From NCBI GenBank assembly GCA_020849625.1, contig JADLFV010000123.1, positions 10,605 through 74,604 of the forward strand: DNA of 64,000 bases, given 5' to 3'. Below the pieces are notes generated by a model, which saw only the letters and a program-made list of their open reading frames with translations, did not search any database and was not told the origin of the DNA. Source of the stretch: Phycisphaeraceae bacterium (GTDB taxonomy: Bacteria; Planctomycetota; Phycisphaerae; Phycisphaerales; Phycisphaeraceae). This document shows positions 27,073 through 35,324 of this stretch, one piece after another. How positions within the stretch are numbered: position 1 is the first letter of the stretch; the number at the start of each line of letters is the position of its first letter. A program made the translations under genes and the position numbers.

Positions 27073-27179
27073 GGCCGGTCTCCTTTGTGAAGCTGTGCAT
27101 GGTACAGAAAACGCCCTTGCCAAGCAGGCACTGATCGCCTAGGGTTAGGCGGTACCCGCTTGATCGTGAAGGAGACGAC

Positions 27180-28292
27180 ATGCCGGCTGGACCAGGATCG
27201 GACGACCCGCCCACGCACCGCCAACTCGGTTCGGGGGCGCTGATTCCGGGGGCGGGCGACATGCTCGCCCCAGGAACTGGCGCCTCTGAGCCGGAGGTTT
27301 GCGTGCAGGCTCCCGCCCTGCCCGACGATGACGAGCAGGCCCAGGCGATCAGCGATCTTCCCGACGGCGCTGACCGTTTTACTTTTGGCCGCAGCCTTGA
27401 ACCCGCTTTACGCCGCGTTTGTGAAGGACGACTGTCGCAGGTCAGTTGGTTCCGATCCGACTGGCAACGCGGCGGGGCCCTGACCGGCTTCGCCCAGTGG
27501 ACCGTTGACGATGGCCGGGTGCTGCCCGCGTTCGTCAAGATGCCCGTGCCCCCCTGCGAGCGACACTGGCTGGCAGCTCTGCAATCCCATCCCGATGTGG
27601 TGCCGCGCCTGTTCGGCCACGGCGAGCAGGTCGAAGGTTACGACCTGGCCTGGGTCGTGATGGAAAAAATCGAGCACGGCCCGCTCGGTTCCGCCTGGCT
27701 GGGCAAGGAGTTCGATCTGCTGGCGGAAGCAGCGGGGCGGTTCTATGCCGCGGCCGCGCAACATCCGCTGGTGGGCCAGCCGTTGCAGAAAGACTGGCAG
27801 GCCATCTACGAATTGAGTCGCAAGCACGCCCACAACGGCTCGCTGGCCGAGTCGCAACGTTGGAATGCCGTGCTCAAGAAAGCGCATCGCAAGCTCAAGG
27901 ACTGGATCGCCCAGTGGCAGCAGCGCCCGTGCGAAGACTGGTGCCACGGCGACCTGCACCTGGCCAACGCCCTGACCCGCAGCGAACCGCCGCAAGGCCC
28001 CGCATTGCTGGTGGATTTCGCCCGCACCCGCGTGGGACACTGGGTGGAAGACGCCATCTACTTCGAGCACCTGTTCTGGGCCCGCCGCCAGCGCCTCGGC
28101 GACCGCCGCCTGGCCAGCATGATCGCCCATCAGCGCAAACATCACGGCCTGAAAGTCAGCGAGGACTGGCCGCGCTATGCCGACCTCAAGCGCGCCCTGC
28201 TGGCCATGAGCACCCCCGCCATGTTGCCGCACGACGGCGAGCCGCATCACGTTCACGCCGCCCTGGAAGTGCTCGAGCGCGCGGTGGGGTGA
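27180..28292 (+). CDS. Phosphotransferase (APH/choline-kinase-like) family protein
   Basis: AAGGAG 5-6 nt upstream of the ATG. Brenner-type motif CHGDLHLANAL and LVDFARTRVGH. Confidence 0.6.
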   Translation: MPAGPGSDDPPTHRQLGSGALIPGAGDMLAPGTGASEPEVCVQAPALPDDDEQAQAISDLPDGADRFTFGRSLEPALRRVCEGRLSQVSWFRSDWQRGGALTGFAQWTVDDGRVLPAFVKMPVPPCERHWLAALQSHPDVVPRLFGHGEQVEGYDLAWVVMEKIEHGPLGSAWLGKEFDLLAEAAGRFYAAAAQHPLVGQPLQKDWQAIYELSRKHAHNGSLAESQRWNAVLKKAHRKLKDWIAQWQQRPCEDWCHGDLHLANALTRSEPPQGPALLVDFARTRVGHWVEDAIYFEHLFWARRQRLGDRRLASMIAHQRKHHGLKVSEDWPRYADLKRALLAMSTPAMLPHDGEPHHVHAALEVLERAVG

Positions 28293-28328
28293 TTGGGAAT
28301 CGGGATGTCCTGCAGAGCACGCGGAGGC

Positions 28329-28374
28329 CGCCCCGATTCATCGGGGCGTGTCCCGCTCCAGTGAACTGGAGCGG
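28329..28374. repeat. Two adjacent short GC-rich hairpins between convergent genes
   Basis: CGCCCCGA-TTCA-TCGGGGCG (28329-28348) and CCGCTCCAG-TGAA-CTGGAGCGG (28353-28374). The second is the reverse-orientation relative of the AGGCCGCTCCA...TGGAGCG hairpins at 45598 and 46029. Confidence 0.7.
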
Positions 28375-28394
28375 CCTTGGATTCATGAATATAT

Positions 28395-29060
28395 TTAACG
28401 CTCCAGTTCGCCCAGGATCACCCGCGCCAGCGCCGCGTCGCCCATCGCGGTCTTCAGACAACGCATCCCCTCACGCACGCTGATCGGCCCCTCGCGCAGC
28501 GTCGTTCGCAGCAGCGTGGCGAACATCTTCACGATCTGCCGGCCGTCGCGCAGCTTGCGAATCCCCAGCGGGTCGATCATCACCGGCTCGTCGCCCTCTT
28601 GCACGCACGCGGCATCCGCAATCAGGTTGCTTAACTTCTGATCGCGATTGACCAGGCCCAGGTCCAAAAGTCTGCGAATCTGTCGCCCCACGGCACATGC
28701 CAGTCGCAGACGCAACTGCCGATCCTGACAACTTCGCGCCAGGTGATGCATGGCCCGGCCATCGACGAAAGGCAGAATCAACAACTCGCCATCGGCATTC
28801 AACGGCTGCGACAGCGGAAACGAGCAGCGCACGCCCCCGGCCGCCAGAAGCCTGGCCTTGCGCCACTCGCGCCAGGACGGGCTCAGGCGCAGCCACCTCT
28901 TCCAGTGCTGGGCGCGATAGACCTTCAGCACGTAGCTGCGCCCATCAATCTGCGCGCGATAGACCACGCTGCGCTTGGGATCGTCCTTGAGCTTTTCCAG
29001 CCGGCTGCGATCCAGCTTCAGCAGGGTCGATACGAGATGGTCATTGTCGGGCGCGCTCAT
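28395..29060 (-). CDS. Lipopolysaccharide kinase (Kdo/WaaP/InaA)-like protein kinase-fold protein
   Basis: YVLKVY (Lys), catalytic-loop-like NRDQKLSNLI; ATGA overlap with the upstream GT4. Confidence 0.5.
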   Translation of the reverse strand: MSAPDNDHLVSTLLKLDRSRLEKLKDDPKRSVVYRAQIDGRSYVLKVYRAQHWKRWLRLSPSWREWRKARLLAAGGVRCSFPLSQPLNADGELLILPFVDGRAMHHLARSCQDRQLRLRLACAVGRQIRRLLDLGLVNRDQKLSNLIADAACVQEGDEPVMIDPLGIRKLRDGRQIVKMFATLLRTTLREGPISVREGMRCLKTAMGDAALARVILGELER

Positions 29061-30220
29061 GCGGCCGCCACTTCCTTCAACAACGTTTCAACTTGATCGG
29101 CATGCCGTTCGATCGAAAGCTCCGTTGCTAAACCGTTCATCGCCGCGCGGCAGTGGGCTCGTTCAGCGGGGTCAGCCAATTCCTTCATCGCTGCCGCCAG
29201 GGCCGTGGCATCGCTCGACTGCTCGATCACCCGGCCGCACATCTGCTCGCCGCGGCGCACGAAGTCGGATGAGCCGTCGAACTGCGTGGTGATGGCGGGC
29301 ACTCCCATCAGCAGACTTTCGATCACCACCCGGCTGGACGGATCGTAAAACGTCGGATGCACGGTGACGTCCGCCGCGGCGAACGCTGCCGGCATGTTCT
29401 GCGTCTGTCCCACGAAGCGCACGCTGCCGCGCACGCCCAGTTGCTCAGCCAGCTTCTGCTCGGGCATGCCCACCCGCCCGGTCAGCATCACCACCGCCCG
29501 CACGCCGTCGTTGAGCAGCAGCGGCAGCGCCCGCATCAGCGTGTCGATGCCCTTGAGCTGCGGATTGAACGCGGAGAACAGATAGGCCGTGGTTTTGTCA
29601 TCGATGCCGAACCCGAGACGGATGCGCTGCCGCCACATGCTGCGCTGCTCGTCCGTCGGCGGCGTCAGGCTCACCGCATTGGGAATCAGGCGGATTTTTT
29701 GCTCGGGTATGCCCAACTCCTGGAACTGCCGGCAAACATAACCGCTCAGGGCTGCCACCCTTTTGAATCGCGGATGGGCCAGCGATCTTTTTTCCAGTCG
29801 TCGCAGCATCACCTGCTTGGGTGTCACCAGGTTGGTCAGGAATTTGACGCATTTGCCGCCGCCGCGGCGCGTAGCGAGGTTGCGCTGTTGCGTGGCTCGC
29901 ATGGAGCCGCCCAGCGGTTGCAGCACGTCGGCCGCCACGCTGGTGTGAAACGACAGGCTCACGTCGAAGTCGCCCTCATCCATGCGATTATCAATCCAAT
30001 TGGCGAAGCGCCACAAGCGCACGGCCGTGCGCGGCTTGCCCGTCGGGCCTTCTTCGAGGGTCACACCGGGCATCTTCTCTGCCGCATGGCGCGTACACAC
30101 GCCGCAAAGCACGGTCACCTCGTGCCCGCGCTGGGCCAGCCTGCCGGCAAGCTCCACGCAGTTGCGCTCCGCGCCGCCGCCGGACGGATCGAGATGCTCG
30201 ATGATCAGTGCGATGCGCAT
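29057..30220 (-). CDS. Glycosyltransferase family 4
   Basis: MRIALIIEHLDPSGGGAERNCVELA N-terminus; HPTFYDPSSRVVIESLLMGVPAI E-x7-E-type region. Confidence 0.8.
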   Translation of the reverse strand: MRIALIIEHLDPSGGGAERNCVELAGRLAQRGHEVTVLCGVCTRHAAEKMPGVTLEEGPTGKPRTAVRLWRFANWIDNRMDEGDFDVSLSFHTSVAADVLQPLGGSMRATQQRNLATRRGGGKCVKFLTNLVTPKQVMLRRLEKRSLAHPRFKRVAALSGYVCRQFQELGIPEQKIRLIPNAVSLTPPTDEQRSMWRQRIRLGFGIDDKTTAYLFSAFNPQLKGIDTLMRALPLLLNDGVRAVVMLTGRVGMPEQKLAEQLGVRGSVRFVGQTQNMPAAFAAADVTVHPTFYDPSSRVVIESLLMGVPAITTQFDGSSDFVRRGEQMCGRVIEQSSDATALAAAMKELADPAERAHCRAAMNGLATELSIERHADQVETLLKEVAAA

Positions 30221-30225
30221 GAGTG

Positions 30226-31332
30226 TTAATCCTTCACTGCCGCGCCGCGCAGCAGTTCATCCGCCGCCGCAGCCACCTGCTCGAAGCGGATGCCTTTCAT
30301 GGTCTGGTCTGCCGCCACGATCTGCCGCTCCAGTGCAAAGTCGATGCGCGTCCAGGCTGGATCGGTCGGACCGAACAGTGAAACCACCGGCGTCCCCGCC
30401 GCCGCCGCCAGGTGACGCGGGCCGGTGTCGTTGGTCACCAGCAGCGACGCACCGCGGATCACCGCCTTGAGGCTCGACAACGTCAGCCCGAAGCTCGCCA
30501 GGTTGATCGGCGGCGAGCTCGCCTGTCGCTGCACGGATGACAGGATCTGCATCTCGCGCGGCGAGCCGGTCAACGCCACCACCGCCCGATGCTTCTGCGC
30601 CAGATGATCAGCCAGTTGGGCGAAGCGCTGCGGCGGCCAGCATTTTTCCGGCTTGCTGGCTCCCACGTTCAGCAGCACCAGCGGCGGACCACCCGCAACG
30701 ATGCCCGCCCGCGCCAGCAATTGATCGGCCTCGCACTGCTCATGCTCGCTGACAGCCAGCGCCATGGCCGGGTCGGGGTGCTCGGCCCCAAGATAGCGGG
30801 CGATGCCCAAGTAGTAATCGATGGCGGGGATCGGCGTAAACCCGTGCTGATCGCGCGGCGGCAGCAGGCGGTCGGTCAACATGAAACCGCGACCCTCACG
30901 GTCGTAGCCGATGCGGCGCGGGATGCCCGCCAGGCTGACCATCATGGCCGTGCGGAAACTGTTGGGCAGCAGCACCACCGTGTCGAAGCGGCCGGCCGCC
31001 AGTCGCCGCGCCAGGCGCAGCGGGCCCCGCCGGCGCTGATCGCTGCGCCCCTTGCGCCGGGGGCGGATGGTCAGAATGCGGTCGATCCACGGGCAACCCT
31101 CCAGCACCGGGCGCATGTTGGCCTTGATCAGGGCGGAGATGTGGGCCTGCTCGAACAGGCGGCGCAAAGCACGCAGCGTCGGGCCGGCCATCACGCAATC
31201 GCCCAGCCAGGTGGGCATGACGATCAGCAGGCGCTGCGGCGAAATCTGGCTTGAGCGGGCGCTCATGGCGTTGAGTATAGCGGAGCCGGGGTCTGTGACC
31301 CCGGTTGTCTCCATGTTGATGTGGATGGTCAC
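30226..31332 (-). CDS. Glycosyltransferase family 9 (LPS heptosyltransferase-like); start uncertain
   Basis: LLIVMPTWLGDCVMAGPTLRAL, NDTGPRHLAAAAGTPVVSLFGPT. The maximal ORF starts with GTG at 31332; ATG at 31266 (MSARSSQ...) is equally plausible. Confidence 0.8.
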   Translation of the reverse strand: MTIHINMETTGVTDPGSAILNAMSARSSQISPQRLLIVMPTWLGDCVMAGPTLRALRRLFEQAHISALIKANMRPVLEGCPWIDRILTIRPRRKGRSDQRRRGPLRLARRLAAGRFDTVVLLPNSFRTAMMVSLAGIPRRIGYDREGRGFMLTDRLLPPRDQHGFTPIPAIDYYLGIARYLGAEHPDPAMALAVSEHEQCEADQLLARAGIVAGGPPLVLLNVGASKPEKCWPPQRFAQLADHLAQKHRAVVALTGSPREMQILSSVQRQASSPPINLASFGLTLSSLKAVIRGASLLVTNDTGPRHLAAAAGTPVVSLFGPTDPAWTRIDFALERQIVAADQTMKGIRFEQVAAAADELLRGAAVKD

Positions 31333-31375
31333 GCAGGGTGATGCGGCCCGGCCAAGATGGCCGGGCTATATCGAA

Positions 31376-32560
31376 TCACCGCCGGTGCACGAACAGCAGC
31401 AGGGCGATGGTCGCTCCCTGCACGATCAGCCCGCTGAGCATCCAGCGCATGAACAGGTCGTAATCCCCTGCCCCCATCCACAGTCCGCCCAGCAGACACA
31501 CGCCCGCCACCAGTTGCAGCACGATGGCGGTGATCGACAGGTAATTGAACTCGCCATCCGACGAGCCGCGCTGAGCCCGCAGTTCTTGCAGGATCAGGCG
31601 CAGCAGGCGGGCATCAGATGGCGGATGGCGGGTAGCGGATGGCGGATGGCTGATTCGCGATGTGTCAGGCTCTTGCAACCGCGGCGATTTGTCCAGTTCC
31701 TTCTTCTGTTTGTCCTGCTTTGGCTCCTCCGCCTTCTGCCCTCCGCTGTCCGCCCTCTGTCCCCCGCCATCGGCCTTCGCTCTCTCCAGCGGCGGCGTGT
31801 CCCAGGGCTGGAACGGCTTGGTGGCGCGTGGTGGGATGGCAGGATTTTGCGGCGCTGGGCGCGGCGGGGCAGGCTTCTGCAACTGAGCCACTGCCGCGGC
31901 GTCCCACTTGCGTTCACCAGCCATGGCCCGCGTGATCGTCTGTTCGCTTTCCGGATTGCGCTGCTGGGCGATGATGCGCACCGCTTCGATCAGCGTGCGC
32001 GCGTAGTAGTTGGGCCAGCGCGGACTGTCAGCCGGGGCCTCGTTGTGAGCACGCTCCAGCTTGGCCAGGTCCAGCGGCGCCAGCAGGTCGGCATCCTCGC
32101 GCAGCAGAATCGTGCGCGTGCCCGCCGCGGCGCCCGCCTGCACGTCGCGCGGCTGATCGCCGATGGTCCACGAACGCGACAAATCCAGGTCGTGCTGCTC
32201 GGCCGCCTCCAGCCACATGCCCGGCTGCGGCTTGCGATTGGGATGCTCGCGCTTGTATTTGGCGACCTTGCCATCGGGGTGATAGGGACAGTAGTAGTAG
32301 GCGTCGATGCGGGCCCCGTTGGCAGCCTGCTGCAGTAACTGGCTGAGGCGCTGGTTGACCGCCCGCACGTCGTCCTCGCCGAAGTTGCCGCGAGCGACGC
32401 CGCCCTGATTGCTGACCACGATGACCTTGTAGCCCAGTCCGCACAGCGACGCCACCGCCGCCGCCGCGCCTTGCATGAGAATGACCTTCCGGGGGTCGCC
32501 CATGTCGCCGTCGTTGTGGATCAGCGTGTTATCACGATCAAGAAACACCGCCGGGTGCAT
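31376..32560 (-). CDS. D,D-heptose 1,7-bisphosphate phosphatase (GmhB-like HAD) fused to a low-complexity linker and C-terminal 2-TM segment
   Basis: HAD motifs FLDRDNTL, VVSNQ, YYYCPYHP, GDQPRDV in the first ~180 aa. Then a Pro/Lys-rich linker, then FNYLSITAIVLQLVAGVCLLGGLW...LIVQGATIALLLFVH. Confidence 0.7.
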   Translation of the reverse strand: MHPAVFLDRDNTLIHNDGDMGDPRKVILMQGAAAAVASLCGLGYKVIVVSNQGGVARGNFGEDDVRAVNQRLSQLLQQAANGARIDAYYYCPYHPDGKVAKYKREHPNRKPQPGMWLEAAEQHDLDLSRSWTIGDQPRDVQAGAAAGTRTILLREDADLLAPLDLAKLERAHNEAPADSPRWPNYYARTLIEAVRIIAQQRNPESEQTITRAMAGERKWDAAAVAQLQKPAPPRPAPQNPAIPPRATKPFQPWDTPPLERAKADGGGQRADSGGQKAEEPKQDKQKKELDKSPRLQEPDTSRISHPPSATRHPPSDARLLRLILQELRAQRGSSDGEFNYLSITAIVLQLVAGVCLLGGLWMGAGDYDLFMRWMLSGLIVQGATIALLLFVHRR

Positions 32561-32626
32561 GATGGGCCAATCGTAACACGGCCGGCGCTGGCGGGAAAGC
32601 AGGCCATGGGAAACGGGTCGCCAACA

Positions 32627-33655
32627 TCAACGGTCGGGCCGTTCCTGAAAGAGCAATTCATCAATCCGTTTCCACGACGATTGCCGAAGGATGTAGTACG
32701 GCTTGACCGGTTCACCGGTTGGTCCCGTGGTCTGACGCATGGCCGGTGGCGTGGCATCATCCAGAACGCCCGATGCCTCCACTGGCTCACCGTGCAATCG
32801 GCGAATGTTATCCCAATCGGTTTGTGCGGGCGATGCTTCAAGTTCCACATAGGTGCCGCGATATTCAAATCGCAAATGGTTACTGCCGTTCCATACGGTG
32901 CCGCGCAACGTGACATGGCGGCCGATTTGGTCTTCGAGTTGGCTTAATCGGGCAGCGCTATTTTCTGAAAAATATGTCGTTGCATCGTCGGTGTGGCGGA
33001 TGGTGCCATATGCCTCTGCCTGCTTACCCACGTCGGAATCCGACCAGGGGGCATCTGCATCAATGCGCAATATCCAGCCGCCTCCGACAATGCACGGCCG
33101 ACCATCAAGGTTTTTGGCAATACCCTGGATGAGCGCTTCGCGGTCTATGAAATCACTCGGAGCATCGACGATTGGAGCGATGGCGGAGCCACGACAACCC
33201 ACCAAATGGGTGCAGAAAAAGTGGTCGGTGGTCTGGATCACGGCACTACCTCTCTCAAAAACTTCCGATGGCACGCCAATGTATCCGCCCGACTCATACG
33301 CTTCGAACTCATAGTATTGGCCGAGTTCGAGAGCGGGCAGACCGTCTTCACCAAACTCGCCGAAATACGCGTAGATGGGGAGCATGATGTCTTGCTGGGT
33401 GGTTCGGCCGTTGATGGAGCGCACGCGAAGTTGGGGTTTGCTCTGATCAGCCTTGCTCCGTCCTGTGCCAATGACGCCACGGACGGTGACCACTGAACCC
33501 AGTGGCTCACCCACTTGCCCGATCAGTTGATATTTTGTCCCCAATTCCTGCACGGGGACCGGCGTGGGTGGTGTGTCGGCTCCGTATGTGGCGCGGTTGC
33601 CCGGCAACACGGCAAACAAACCAACCCATATCAGGATGATGGTACGTTTCATCAC
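32627..33655 (-). CDS. Hypothetical secreted protein (lower-GC gene)
   Basis: Signal peptide MMKRTIILIWVGLFAVLPGNRATYGA; no recognisable motif. Hand count of a few 60-nt lines gives about 50-58% GC, against a visibly higher background. Confidence 0.5.
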   Translation of the reverse strand: MMKRTIILIWVGLFAVLPGNRATYGADTPPTPVPVQELGTKYQLIGQVGEPLGSVVTVRGVIGTGRSKADQSKPQLRVRSINGRTTQQDIMLPIYAYFGEFGEDGLPALELGQYYEFEAYESGGYIGVPSEVFERGSAVIQTTDHFFCTHLVGCRGSAIAPIVDAPSDFIDREALIQGIAKNLDGRPCIVGGGWILRIDADAPWSDSDVGKQAEAYGTIRHTDDATTYFSENSAARLSQLEDQIGRHVTLRGTVWNGSNHLRFEYRGTYVELEASPAQTDWDNIRRLHGEPVEASGVLDDATPPAMRQTTGPTGEPVKPYYILRQSSWKRIDELLFQERPDR

Positions 33656-33702
33656 GCGATCTCCGGTTTGCTGCGTTATATCTTGTCGCCGTATGGAGTA
33701 TT

Positions 33703-34566
33703 TTACAGGCTGCGGGCGGCCACGGCGGCAAGGGCGGTTTTTTGCGTGATGGCGGCTGCGAGCTGGCGGGCCTGAGCGGCTGAATCAGCCAGGCTGAACA
33801 TGGCGGCCCCCGAGCCGGTGACGTGGACGGGTCGGTTCACCACGGCACTGACACGGGCATGCGCTTCAGCCAGCTTCGGCTCCACGCGCATCGCCGCGGC
33901 GGCCAGGTCGTTGAACAGTTGAGCGCTCACCACATGCTGCGACTTCGTCAGCGCCCGCACACGCGGCTCATCGAGCGTCGCGCCACCCAACTCATCGAAC
34001 ACCTGATACACCGCGCCGGTCGGACAACGCTGCGGCGGCAGGATCAGTATTAACTTAAAAATGTTCTTCGCCGTGGCGATGGGTTCGAGTTGCTGACCAT
34101 AATCGGTGACCAGGGCGGCGCGATGGGGACTGACGGCGAAGGCGACGTCGCTGCCGAGTTGGCTTGCCAGCGCGATCAGTTCATCGTCGGAAAGTTTCAG
34201 CTCGAACAGTTCGTTGACCGCGCGCATCATGGCGCCGGCATCGGATGATCCGCCGCCCAGCCCGGCCCCGGCAGGGATGCGCTTGGTCAACGTGGCGCGG
34301 ATGGGCAACGGGCGGCCGACGTGCTGCTCGAGCAGTTGATGAGCGCGGTAAGCCAGGTCGTTTTCCAGCGGCCAGTCGATCGGCTGCGGCTGCGGGGCAT
34401 CGTCAGCGAAGCGCAGGGTGAATTGCGTCACATCGGTGCGTTCGATGACCAGCTCGTCGGCGAAATCGAGCTTGACCATCCAACTGGCGATCGGGTGCAG
34501 TCGGTCAGCGCCGACTGGGCCGACGGACAGCGCGAGGTTGACCTTGGCGTGGCACGGCTGATTCAT
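33703..34566 (-). CDS. ispE: 4-diphosphocytidyl-2-C-methyl-D-erythritol kinase
   Basis: Start MNQPCHAKVNLAL; GHMP kinase motif IPAGAGLGGGSSDA. Confidence 0.85.
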   Translation of the reverse strand: MNQPCHAKVNLALSVGPVGADRLHPIASWMVKLDFADELVIERTDVTQFTLRFADDAPQPQPIDWPLENDLAYRAHQLLEQHVGRPLPIRATLTKRIPAGAGLGGGSSDAGAMMRAVNELFELKLSDDELIALASQLGSDVAFAVSPHRAALVTDYGQQLEPIATAKNIFKLILILPPQRCPTGAVYQVFDELGGATLDEPRVRALTKSQHVVSAQLFNDLAAAAMRVEPKLAEAHARVSAVVNRPVHVTGSGAAMFSLADSAAQARQLAAAITQKTALAAVAARSL

Positions 34567-35135
34567 ACCGAGCCGGACGCGGCGGCCAGGGGCAGGGCTT
34601 GGGCGGGAGCGGGCATCTGGATGGGATGGGGCAGGTTGAGCCCGAGCATCAGATCGCCGTGCAGTTGCGCCCACTGCAGTTCAGCGCGGCGGTTGTCGCC
34701 GAGGCGCTGCGCCCACAGGCTGATGAGCTTCTCGACCATCGCAGGCAGATGCCGACCCGCCTGAGCATGACCGACGCTGGCCAGCCAGAACATCAGCAGG
34801 TATTGCTCCGGTTGCTCCTGGGCGATGCGGCCGTACATGCGGAAGACCTGATCGAGTGCGAGCCCCGCCTCGGAGGCGGTCTGCACCGGCTCGAAGCGTC
34901 GCTGGGTCACCGCCGCGAGCAGTTGCCGCTTGTCGGTGAAGTAGCGATAGATCGAGCCGACGGCACAGTCGAGGCGCTTGGCGATGCGGCGGATGGTGGT
35001 GCCGTCATAGCCATCCTCGTTGAGGCAAGCCTCCGTGGCGTCGAGGATCTGAGCGCGGTCGAGATGCGCGATCTTTCGTCCGGGCTGAGCGTGATGAGAT
35101 GACGTGAGTGCCAGTCCGTTAGCCGTGTCAGACAT
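34563..35135 (-). CDS. TetR/AcrR family transcriptional regulator
   Basis: GGAGG upstream of the ATG at 35135. HTH TTIRRIAKRLDCAVGSIYRYFTDK. Stop overlaps the ispE start. Confidence 0.8.
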   Translation of the reverse strand: MSDTANGLALTSSHHAQPGRKIAHLDRAQILDATEACLNEDGYDGTTIRRIAKRLDCAVGSIYRYFTDKRQLLAAVTQRRFEPVQTASEAGLALDQVFRMYGRIAQEQPEQYLLMFWLASVGHAQAGRHLPAMVEKLISLWAQRLGDNRRAELQWAQLHGDLMLGLNLPHPIQMPAPAQALPLAAASGSV

Positions 35136-35324
35136 GTTCACCTCCCTGTGAACACGAGGAATGGAATGAATCAACTGCGGTTAGTGTGAGAAGTGCGCGG
35201 GCGACTGTCAAGCGGCAAGGGGGCAAAACTGAAAAAAGAAACACTCATCGCTTTGCCCCCGGTGTATTCACCGGGGGCTGAATGGGAGGGCGGGGCACTT
35301 GCGGGAGCGGCACACTTGCGGGGG

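Noticed and set aside
31612-31760. Possible hairpin formed by the GCGGATG-unit tract and the downstream CCGCC-rich tract inside the GmhB-fusion ORF.
   Set aside because: Complementarity between the two tracts is weak. They look like independent tandem repeats encoding a low-complexity linker.
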